DNA of 36,138 nucleotides from a virus (Duplodnaviria; Heunggongvirae; Uroviricota; Caudoviricetes): IMG/VR virus record IMGVR_UViG_2563366848_000001; one strand, 5' to 3'. Shown piece by piece: positions 28,931 to 36,138 of this stretch (position 1 is its first letter; each line of letters starts with the position of its first letter). The notes under the pieces were generated by a model. It saw only the letters and a program-made list of their open reading frames with translations, ran no database searches and was not told where the DNA came from. The position numbers and the translations under genes were made by a program.

Positions 28931-31432
28931 ATGTCGGTACCGAATCAGACCCCCTATATTATTTATAACGCCAACGGTCTGACGACCGTTTTTCCCTTTG
29001 AGTTCTACATCATCAGCGCCAGCGATATTCAGGTGAGTCTTAATGGTACGCCTGTTACTACTGGATTTACTGTGTCGGGAGTGGGTAACGTTAGCGGTGG
29101 TGATCTTACGTTTTTAACCCCACCTGCTAACGGCACGGTTGTTATGCTGGAACGTGTTGTTCCTACCTATCGCCTGACTGATTACCAGGACAATGGCGAT
29201 CTGCTGGCAGATACCGTCAATAAAGATTTTGACCGCCTCTGGATGGCTATCCAGCGTTCTTTTATTTATCTCGGACTGGCGTTACGTCGCCCGTTGCTTG
29301 GAGGACCGTTTAACGCAGAAGGGTATCGCATATCCGGCCTTGCGGATCCGGTTAATGACCAGGACGCAGCAACCAAAAAATACGTGCAGGAGGTCGGGCA
29401 GACCAATCTTAACAGGGCATTGCGCGTGCCTGAAAACTACGTGGCACCGCTTGCACCAGCTGAGCAGCGTGCAAACAGATTACAGGCTTACAATGCTGAG
29501 GGTGCTCCGATATTTGTTCGTCCAGAGAGTGGTAGCGCTGCTGATGTTTTGGTAGATCTCGCGAGCACCGATAGCGGCAAGGGCGATGCTCTTATCGGGG
29601 TAAAACAGCCATATTCTGGATCTGTGGGGCGTACACAGCATGATAAAAACGCCGACACACTGAGCGTAAAAGATTTCGGGGTCAGGGGGGATGGTTCGGA
29701 CGAGAGCGCGGCTTGGGCTTCTATGATATCCAACCTACCTTCCGGGTGTACCACTTTGCACGTTCCGCAGGGGAATTATGTTTGCAATACACCAATAGCT
29801 TTAGTGTGGGCGAAACTCCCAACACTGGTTGTGGACTCCGAGGCAATCTTATCACCAGCAGTATCGTTCTCGGCATTCCTTAATGTCCAGTATCGTAAAC
29901 GAGATGAGACCAAATTTGGGGCTGGCGTTGTTTCGGCAGGTACCACTACTAACTCAGGGGGATTCAAGGTCGGTGGTGGGGCTTTAATGGATTCAGGTGA
30001 CGGTATGTTTTTATCATCTGATGGTCATGCAAATTGGATGCGTATTCAGACTAGTAAAAATTACAATCCTTCAGAAGTGGTTGTATACGGCTCTGCTGCA
30101 CAAGGTCAACTAGTCCACCAATCACAAAATATTCTGGTCAGAGAGGGTGGCTCTTTATTCGACTTAGATAAGTGGTCAGTAGGCGATGCTATATACGCAT
30201 TTGAACGGGCGCTGGTAATTACTGCATTAACCTCAACAGGGCAGATTTCCGTAACAGAAATAGGCGGCGGGGATCTTACTGCGGCAGTGGGTACGCACTC
30301 AAAATTCCATTATGTGTACACCACTGGTGGTGGCATTTGTGACGTGATTAACGGTGTTTGCACCAGAACGTCAGGGGACCCGTTTTTTTTCTTCGGTTAC
30401 GGTAGTGGAGCCTATAAATTCTGGCTGAACGGTACGCTACGCACTGTTGTCAGTATTTCAAATAACGGCAACACCTGTAATTTACAGGACACGTCTATAA
30501 ATGCTACAGGCGCAACATATAAAATTCGTGACGATATTGGGGCGCAGATAAGTACGATCCGCGTGCAGAAGACTACGGGGGCTGATGAAGAAAATCTCAG
30601 TATATCTGCAAAAGCGACTGGTGAATACGAGATTAGAGCCGGTATAGCTGGCAACGGATACTATTACCCCATACGGTTCTACAATGGTGATGATGGGGCC
30701 TATAAGCCACATAAAGTTATGGAGATAACACCAGGCGGGCTTGTTGGGGTAATGAATACGGGAGGAACACCAAGGGCATTATTTTCTGTAGATAATAAAA
30801 CAAATATTCCGCTGTCAGATTCAACGTTGAAAACATCAGCAATATTTAGATCTTCATATAATGATGGTGGTAGAGAGTTACAGTTTGGATGTTTAAGCAA
30901 CTCTGGTTCTAATGGCGGTTTTATTCAGGGTAGTGATTCATCAGGTAATAACTACCAGGTAGTTATTAACCCACGCGGTGGTAATGTTGGGGTTAACACT
31001 GATAATCCAATATTTCCTCTTGATGTTAATGGGGCATGTGGTCCCCATATTGACAATACTTACACACTTGGAAACTCTTCAAGGAGATGGGCTAGTGTAT
31101 ATTCAGCAGGTGGCGTGGTTACTACCTCTGATGCACGCCAGAAAACTGAGATTGAACCATTTACTGATGCCGAGATTGCAGCATCCCAGGAGCTTGCATT
31201 AGGCGCAGGTACTTTCCGGTGGCTCAAGGATTGCCGAGACTTTGGCGAGCAGGCGGGGGTTAACATTGGGTATACCGTACAGCATGTCATGAAGGTAATG
31301 GCTAGACACGGGCTTGATTACAGAAAGTATAAAATGATTGAGCATGATGTAGAGGCCGACACATACGGATTAAACTACGACCAGATAATCGTTTTTGTCA
31401 TGGCGGGTATCGTCGCGCGATTGACAAGATAA
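28931..31432 (+). CDS. tail fibre/tailspike with T7 gp17-like N-terminal adaptor and C-terminal self-cleaving intramolecular chaperone (S74-like) domain
   Basis: 833 aa; conserved N-terminal about 150 aa; C-terminal SDARQKTEIE motif typical of the autoproteolytic chaperone domain; central part has lower GC. Confidence 0.8.
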   Translation: MSVPNQTPYIIYNANGLTTVFPFEFYIISASDIQVSLNGTPVTTGFTVSGVGNVSGGDLTFLTPPANGTVVMLERVVPTYRLTDYQDNGDLLADTVNKDFDRLWMAIQRSFIYLGLALRRPLLGGPFNAEGYRISGLADPVNDQDAATKKYVQEVGQTNLNRALRVPENYVAPLAPAEQRANRLQAYNAEGAPIFVRPESGSAADVLVDLASTDSGKGDALIGVKQPYSGSVGRTQHDKNADTLSVKDFGVRGDGSDESAAWASMISNLPSGCTTLHVPQGNYVCNTPIALVWAKLPTLVVDSEAILSPAVSFSAFLNVQYRKRDETKFGAGVVSAGTTTNSGGFKVGGGALMDSGDGMFLSSDGHANWMRIQTSKNYNPSEVVVYGSAAQGQLVHQSQNILVREGGSLFDLDKWSVGDAIYAFERALVITALTSTGQISVTEIGGGDLTAAVGTHSKFHYVYTTGGGICDVINGVCTRTSGDPFFFFGYGSGAYKFWLNGTLRTVVSISNNGNTCNLQDTSINATGATYKIRDDIGAQISTIRVQKTTGADEENLSISAKATGEYEIRAGIAGNGYYYPIRFYNGDDGAYKPHKVMEITPGGLVGVMNTGGTPRALFSVDNKTNIPLSDSTLKTSAIFRSSYNDGGRELQFGCLSNSGSNGGFIQGSDSSGNNYQVVINPRGGNVGVNTDNPIFPLDVNGACGPHIDNTYTLGNSSRRWASVYSAGGVVTTSDARQKTEIEPFTDAEIAASQELALGAGTFRWLKDCRDFGEQAGVNIGYTVQHVMKVMARHGLDYRKYKMIEHDVEADTYGLNYDQIIVFVMAGIVARLTR

Positions 31433-31448
31433 ACTTTGATTAGTAAAG

Positions 31449-31491
31449 CCTCTGGGGTATGATTTCCTTAGTAAAAAGCATACTCCAGAGG
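31449..31491 (+). promoter_or_regulatory. hairpin overlapping the SD of the acyltransferase gene
   Basis: 13-bp imperfect inverted repeat CCTCTGGGGTATG..CATACTCCAGAGG (12/13) with 17-nt loop; 3' arm contains the GAGG SD. Confidence 0.45.
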
Positions 31492-31496
31492 ATTTG

Positions 31497-32600
31497 ATGA
31501 AAACCACAGTAAGGATTGAAGCGCTCGACGGTCTTCGCTTTATGGCATTTATGATGGTGATGTTGTACCACTACTTGTTCGCTGGGCCTATCTCAGGCTT
31601 CCTACCGAAAGAGTTAACAGTTAATGCCTTCTATTTTGGGGACTTTGGTGTTGATTTATTTTTCATTATAAGTGGATTTGTAATATCACTTTCATCAGTT
31701 GGAAGAACACCTGTTGAATTTATTAAGTCAAGGATTAATAGGATAGTACCCACCTTTATAATATTTGGATTTATAGTTTTAGTGTTTCAGTGCTTTATAC
31801 CAATGGTTGATTTTAAGGAAAGGATTGTTTCTTTATTCTATAGCTTTACGTTTTTCCCCCAAGTGTTCGGATATCATTTTTTTAGCGATATCTATTGGAC
31901 AATTCAGAAAGAGGTGACATTTTATATATTGGTTTTCATTATGATGTTATTTAACCTTTGGAGTGGTTACAGAAGGGAGATTTGCTTTGCATGGCTGGTG
32001 ATTTCATACAGCAATCAATTTTTAATCCATTCTAGCTTTGTTGATGCGCTATTTATAACTGAACATGCCGGTCATTTCATTGCAGGGATAGTAATATATG
32101 ACATAATGAAAAATAAGCCATCTCCTTTTGATTTCGTCTTGATGGTTCTTAGTGTGATCCTCATATATAATAGAATGTTGGGTTTTAATTCATATGTAAA
32201 TGGAAGTTTTGGGTATTCAGTTTCTGATGCATCTCTTCTGCTCGCATGTATCTCTCTTGTTACGTTAACCTGGTGTGCATCTAACGTATCTGAAGTCGGT
32301 AAGTTTTATAATGTTGTTAAGTTTCTTGGGGCGATGACATACCCACTGTATTTAATACATGCCGATATCGGATTTTGGTCTCACGCTATGTTTGAAAGGA
32401 AGTGGTGGGTTGAATATCCGGTTACGAAGACTTTTGTTAACTATGAGGTGACGATAGTTATTTCGATGTTAATATCGTTTACTATTGCAGCGCTGTACAT
32501 AAAGCTTCTGGATAAAAAAGTAACACGCGCCTTTAATAAAATATGGGGCCTGTTCGGCTTGCTAAGCCATAAAAAAATTAAAGGGTTAAATACACCCTAA
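31497..32600 (+). CDS. acyltransferase family 3 membrane protein (O-antigen acetylase-like), low-GC moron
   Basis: 367 aa, multiple hydrophobic helices, N-terminal LDGLRF..FF pattern typical of acyltransferase-3; markedly AT-rich versus flanking phage genes. Confidence 0.8.
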   Translation: MKTTVRIEALDGLRFMAFMMVMLYHYLFAGPISGFLPKELTVNAFYFGDFGVDLFFIISGFVISLSSVGRTPVEFIKSRINRIVPTFIIFGFIVLVFQCFIPMVDFKERIVSLFYSFTFFPQVFGYHFFSDIYWTIQKEVTFYILVFIMMLFNLWSGYRREICFAWLVISYSNQFLIHSSFVDALFITEHAGHFIAGIVIYDIMKNKPSPFDFVLMVLSVILIYNRMLGFNSYVNGSFGYSVSDASLLLACISLVTLTWCASNVSEVGKFYNVVKFLGAMTYPLYLIHADIGFWSHAMFERKWWVEYPVTKTFVNYEVTIVISMLISFTIAALYIKLLDKKVTRAFNKIWGLFGLLSHKKIKGLNTP

Positions 32601-32640
32601 ATGAATTCATTATGTTGGCTCTCGGGTCAATACCTCCAAT

Positions 32641-32656
32641 AGTCAGGATTCCGACC
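32641..32656 (+). repeat. conserved hairpin motif, copy 5 (variant AGTCAGGATTCCGACC)
   Basis: 14/16 identity to the other copies; upstream of the lysis cassette. Confidence 0.65.
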
Positions 32657-32665
32657 ACATCACCA

Positions 32666-32710
32666 CCTTACCCTCGGAGCACTTAATAGTGTTCCCTACG
32701 GGGGGTAAGG
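32666..32710 (+). promoter_or_regulatory. nested hairpin ending 1 nt before the holin start codon
   Basis: Outer stem CCTTACCC/GGGTAAGG enclosing inner stem GGAGCAC/GTGTTCC; 3' arm contains the likely SD. Confidence 0.45.
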
Positions 32711-32711
32711 T

Positions 32712-32948
32712 ATGAGGATGAACAACCATTCAGGTCTGGCGGCAGGTGCTTCCTATATTACGTCCGGGGGCAGTGGCGTCTTCTGGTTACTGCAATTACT
32801 CGATAAAGTCAGCCCAAGCCAGTGGGCTGCTATCGGTGTGCTGGCGAGTATATTTCTGGGGCTGGTTACCTACCTGACCAATCTCTATTTCAAAATCAAA
32901 GAAGACCGTCGCAAAGAGGCTCAACTCTATGACCAGCAACAGGACTAA
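32712..32948 (+). CDS. holin (class II/pinholin-like, two predicted TM segments)
   Basis: 78 aa, two hydrophobic segments, charged C-terminus, overlaps start of the endolysin gene. Confidence 0.6.
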   Translation: MRMNNHSGLAAGASYITSGGSGVFWLLQLLDKVSPSQWAAIGVLASIFLGLVTYLTNLYFKIKEDRRKEAQLYDQQQD

Positions 32949-33459
32949 GCTTAGCGCTGCTGTTCTGGGACTGGTACTCGCCGGTGCGCCAGCATCGGTT
33001 ATTCTCGATCAGTTCCTGAATGAGAAAGAGGGCAACAGTCTCTCCGCATACCGTGACGCTGGAGGAATTTGGACGATTTGCCGTGGTGCCACGATGGTTG
33101 ATGGTAAGCCTGTAGTGAAGGGTATGAAGCTGACGCAGGCAAAATGTGACCAGGTAAACGCTATCGAACGCGATAAAGCGCTAGCCTGGGTAGAGCACAA
33201 TATCAAAGTGCCGCTGACTGAACCGCAGAAAGCAGGTATTGCGTCGTTCTGCCCGTACAATATCGGCCCCGGCAAGTGTTTCCCATCCACGTTCTATAAG
33301 CGAATCAATGCCGGCGATCGGAAGGGGGCATGTGAAGCAATCAGGTGGTGGATAAAAGACGGTGGACGCGATTGCCGGATCCGTTCCAATAACTGCTACG
33401 GGCAGGTATCCCGTCGTGACCAGGAAAGCGCGCTGACGTGCTGGGGGATAGACCAGTGA
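32929..33459 (+). CDS. SAR endolysin (GH24 lysozyme with N-terminal signal-anchor-release domain)
   Basis: 176 aa; hydrophobic Gly/Ala-rich N-terminus [18 protein letters not shown]; catalytic region [22 protein letters not shown]. Confidence 0.85.
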   Translation: MTSNRTKLSAAVLGLVLAGAPASVILDQFLNEKEGNSLSAYRDAGGIWTICRGATMVDGKPVVKGMKLTQAKCDQVNAIERDKALAWVEHNIKVPLTEPQKAGIASFCPYNIGPGKCFPSTFYKRINAGDRKGACEAIRWWIKDGGRDCRIRSNNCYGQVSRRDQESALTCWGIDQ

Positions 33460-33839
33460 CCCTTAAAACAAAATTGTTAGCGCTGGCCGTTCTGCTGGCG
33501 TTGCTCGTCGGTGCGTATTACGCGGGTTACTTGAAAGGCTGGTACGCGCACAGTGACAAGATAAACAGCGAATATCAGGAGAAGAGTAAAAAGGCTGAGA
33601 AGGCTGTAGCAACCGGCGAACAGAAAGCGGCAGCGTCCAGCGCAGAAGGCAAAGTGATTTACCGGACCATTTATCGCGATGTGGTGAAATATGTTAACGA
33701 CCCGAATCATACTAAGTGCGATTTTGACGATCACGCTGTGCAGTTGCGTCAGCGCGCCCTCGATGCGGCCAACTCCATCAGCGGATTTGATGCAGGAGCC
33801 GTGCAAGGGAGCGAGCAAAGCTGGAACAGACAGCGATGA
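33456..33839 (+). CDS. Rz-like i-spanin
   Basis: N-terminal TM segment then coiled-coil-like region; GTG start overlapping endolysin stop (alternative start at 33438). Confidence 0.55.
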   Translation: MTLKTKLLALAVLLALLVGAYYAGYLKGWYAHSDKINSEYQEKSKKAEKAVATGEQKAAASSAEGKVIYRTIYRDVVKYVNDPNHTKCDFDDHAVQLRQRALDAANSISGFDAGAVQGSEQSWNRQR

Positions 33840-33936
33840 AGATCTGCAGGCTGATATAGAAACTGCTGAATGTCTGCGCCAGCTGCGGCAGGATAAGTAT
33901 CGCTGGCAGGCGTGGTATAAAGCTACTTCTTTTTAG
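33691..33936 (+). CDS. Rz1-like o-spanin (lipoprotein) partly nested in Rz in another frame
   Basis: 81 aa; signal peptide with lipobox-like ILTITLCSC; Pro-rich mature region; overlaps Rz 3' end and the integrase 3' end. Confidence 0.5.
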   Translation: MLTTRIILSAILTITLCSCVSAPSMRPTPSADLMQEPCKGASKAGTDSDEDLQADIETAECLRQLRQDKYRWQAWYKATSF

Positions 33937-35011
33937 CGTGCAGCGCGTCGTACTTTTCATGCAGGGATTTCGGAAACAGTTCAGTATAAACCTGCCAGAG
34001 TACATTAAGAGACCGATGGCCTGTAACCTGGGCCACTTCTTCTATACTAAAACCCGCCTCAAAAAGCCTGCTGGCCCCCTCCCGGCGCATATCGTGGTAG
34101 CGCAAGTCTTCAATGCCCAGGGCGTTCCTGACACGTTGAAAACCCGCAGTTACAGAACGAGAGTTATAAGGGAAAATTAACTCGCTGATTTTGGGCTGAC
34201 GTTGCACTATGTTCCAGGCATCGCCGAGAAGTGGTACCAGCATATGGTTACCGGATTTTTTGCGCGGGTCTTTTCTGTCTCTGACCAGCACGGCCTTTTG
34301 TTTTTCGTCTACATCTTCCCAGCGGATTTTGCACACTTCGCCAACTCGCATACAACTGAGGATTGAGAAGTTAAGAATATCAACGAAGGGGATTTTTGCT
34401 GCGACGTGATCGCTTCTGGCCTCAAGCCCTGCGAGCAGTCTATCCAGTTCGTCGCTCACAGGGCGGCGGCTGCGGCGTTTGGATTTGCCAATCAGCCCCA
34501 TCTGGAGCAGTAGAGGTCTTGCATCTGTTGCGGGATTGGTCGTGTAGTCGATACCGTAGACGGGTTTGGCGGACGCCAGAACGGAAGAAAGGTAACTTAC
34601 ATCGTGGTTAATAGTAGAAGGACCGGCACCAGCGCCGTTTCTGTGGCGGCAATGCTCGATAACGTGGCTGGTTGAAAGGTCTGTCAGAGGGGTTTCGGCG
34701 ATGTTGCAGTCCAGCAACATATCCAGTACATAACGTTTTGTGCGCCCGGCTTTGCCGCCGAGGTTGGGATCGTTGATATAGCGTTTGAGCAGATCGCCAA
34801 CAACCATTTTGTTTAAGTCGTTGGTGGTCGGCACCCCATTTGTTTCCAGTTCAGCAACCCTACCAGCACCCCACGTTTTGGCATGGGCCTGTTTGCTGAA
34901 TGTTCGGTTTTCCCGGTAGATATATTTCCCACCTTCTTTTACGCCCACGGTGCAGCGGTAGCGTAAAGTCCCATCGGCGCGTTGACGTTTTTCTATGCTA
35001 TAGTAGGCCAT
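33923..35011 (-). CDS. int: tyrosine integrase (dusA-associated type)
   Basis: 362 aa; C-terminal catalytic region with HDMRR and HRS..Y motifs; adjacent and divergent to dusA 5' end. Confidence 0.9.
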   Translation of the reverse strand: MAYYSIEKRQRADGTLRYRCTVGVKEGGKYIYRENRTFSKQAHAKTWGAGRVAELETNGVPTTNDLNKMVVGDLLKRYINDPNLGGKAGRTKRYVLDMLLDCNIAETPLTDLSTSHVIEHCRHRNGAGAGPSTINHDVSYLSSVLASAKPVYGIDYTTNPATDARPLLLQMGLIGKSKRRSRRPVSDELDRLLAGLEARSDHVAAKIPFVDILNFSILSCMRVGEVCKIRWEDVDEKQKAVLVRDRKDPRKKSGNHMLVPLLGDAWNIVQRQPKISELIFPYNSRSVTAGFQRVRNALGIEDLRYHDMRREGASRLFEAGFSIEEVAQVTGHRSLNVLWQVYTELFPKSLHEKYDALHAKKK

Positions 35012-35100
35012 GCTTTTCCTTTACCTTCGTTCAGCACCCCATGAATCTGGGGTGCTGTTGGGGGTGCTGATAAAGAAAAAATACGACATAAAGACAAAAA

Positions 35101-36138
35101 ATGCACGAAAATAAAGAATCGCACAACCCACACCAGAACAGCGTTAACAGAGGAAAAACGCCGGGATACAGCCCTTCACGTTTTTCCATCGCGCCGATGC
35201 TCGACTGGACGGACAGACATTGCCGCTATTTCTTGCGTCTGCTTTCCCGCAATACGTTGCTGTATACTGAAATGGTAACTACAGGGGCGATTATTCACGG
35301 TAAAGGTGATTACCTGGCGTATAGTGAAGAAGAACATCCGGTAGCGTTGCAACTCGGCGGTAGCGATCCGGCGGCGCTGGCGCAGTGTGCGAAGCTGGCA
35401 GAAGCGCGTGGATATGATGAGATCAACCTGAATGTCGGCTGCCCGTCTGACCGGGTGCAGAACGGCATGTTTGGTGCGTGTCTGATGGGTAATGCGCAGC
35501 TGGTTGCCGACTGCGTGAAAGCGATGCGCGATGTGGTGTCGATTCCGGTGACGGTGAAAACGCGTATTGGCATCGACGACCAGGACAGCTATGAATTTCT
35601 CTGCGATTTCATCAACACCGTTTCCGGCAAAGGCGAGTGTGAGATGTTCATCATCCATGCACGTAAAGCCTGGCTTTCGGGGTTAAGTCCGAAAGAAAAC
35701 CGTGAGATCCCGCCGCTCGATTATCCGCGTGTGTATCAACTGAAGCGTGACTTTCCGCATCTGACAATGTCGATTAACGGTGGTATCAAGTCGCTGGAAG
35801 AGGCCAAAGCACACCTGCAACATATGGATGGCGTGATGGTCGGGCGCGAGGCGTATCAGAATCCGGGTATTCTGGCGGCGGTAGACCGGGAGATCTTTGG
35901 TTCCTCGGATATCGATGCCGATCCGGTGGCGGTAGTGCGCGCCATGTATCCGTACATTGAGCGTGAACTCAGCCAGGGGACGTATCTCGGTCATATTACC
36001 CGGCATATGTTGGGCTTGTTCCAGGGTATTCCTGGCGCGCGGCAGTGGCGGCGTTATTTAAGTGAAAATGCCCATAAAGCGGGTGCAGACATTAATGTGC
36101 TGGAACACGCGCTCAAACTGGTGGCGGATAAGCGTTAA
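35101..36138 (+). CDS. dusA: tRNA-dihydrouridine(20/20a) synthase DusA
   Basis: 345 aa; recognised as DusA from overall sequence ([20 protein letters not shown]-binding Dus fold); first ~30 codons lie on the phage side of attR. Confidence 0.9.
   Translation: MHENKESHNPHQNSVNRGKTPGYSPSRFSIAPMLDWTDRHCRYFLRLLSRNTLLYTEMVTTGAIIHGKGDYLAYSEEEHPVALQLGGSDPAALAQCAKLAEARGYDEINLNVGCPSDRVQNGMFGACLMGNAQLVADCVKAMRDVVSIPVTVKTRIGIDDQDSYEFLCDFINTVSGKGECEMFIIHARKAWLSGLSPKENREIPPLDYPRVYQLKRDFPHLTMSINGGIKSLEEAKAHLQHMDGVMVGREAYQNPGILAAVDREIFGSSDIDADPVAVVRAMYPYIERELSQGTYLGHITRHMLGLFQGIPGARQWRRYLSENAHKAGADINVLEHALKLVADKR
35179..35210 (+). other. attR (inside dusA 5' coding region; core ATGCTCGA at about 35197-35204)
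   Basis: Aligns with attL segment at 1149-1180 with an identical 8-bp core. Confidence 0.55.

Larger units (their letters stand above)
1167..35204. mobile_element. integrated prophage (~34 kb), dusA-associated integrase type, T7-like virion module plus lambdoid immunity
   Basis: Bounded by att repeats in dusA 5' sequence; integrase next to restored dusA; complete replication, immunity, structural and lysis modules between. Confidence 0.8.

Overview
The window is an enterobacterial chromosome segment carrying one complete ~34 kb prophage inserted into the 5' end of dusA (tRNA-dihydrouridine synthase A). All calls below come from reading the ORF translations and the sequence; no database search was run. 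Layout: an AT-rich chromosomal gene (1-708) with terminator; a displaced dusA 5' fragment forming attL (~1089-1193); a leftward early/replication operon (1248-8547, minus strand) with PrtN-like regulator, SNF2 helicase, VRR-NUC nuclease, small ANR-like protein, family A DNA polymerase, DUF2815-like SSB, DUF2800-like nuclease and two unknown proteins; a lambda-like immunity region (LexA-like CI repressor 9286-9909, divergent Cro 10030-10242, shared operator palindromes); a prim-pol/VirE-type primase-helicase (10246-12423) followed by an iteron/AT-rich putative origin; a T7-like (podovirus) morphogenesis module on the plus strand (portal, scaffold, capsid, tail tubular A/B, internal virion proteins including one with a lytic transglycosylase domain, terminase, tail fibre with C-terminal self-cleaving chaperone domain) with no phage RNA polymerase; an embedded GNAT acetyltransferase; a low-GC acyltransferase-3 (O-antigen acetylase-like) moron; a lysis cassette (pinholin-like holin, SAR endolysin, nested Rz/Rz1 spanins); a tyrosine integrase (33923-35011) and the restored dusA (35101-36138). 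The most unusual unexplained signals are a 16-bp hairpin motif GGTCGGGATTCCGACC repeated five times ahead of late gene blocks, and a PL leader with operator, rrn-type boxA-like element, a 68-aa ORF and a strong terminator in front of the replication operon. No rRNA, tRNA, CRISPR array or IS element was found. Coordinates derived from the ORF track are reliable; motif coordinates read from the raw sequence may be off by a base or two.
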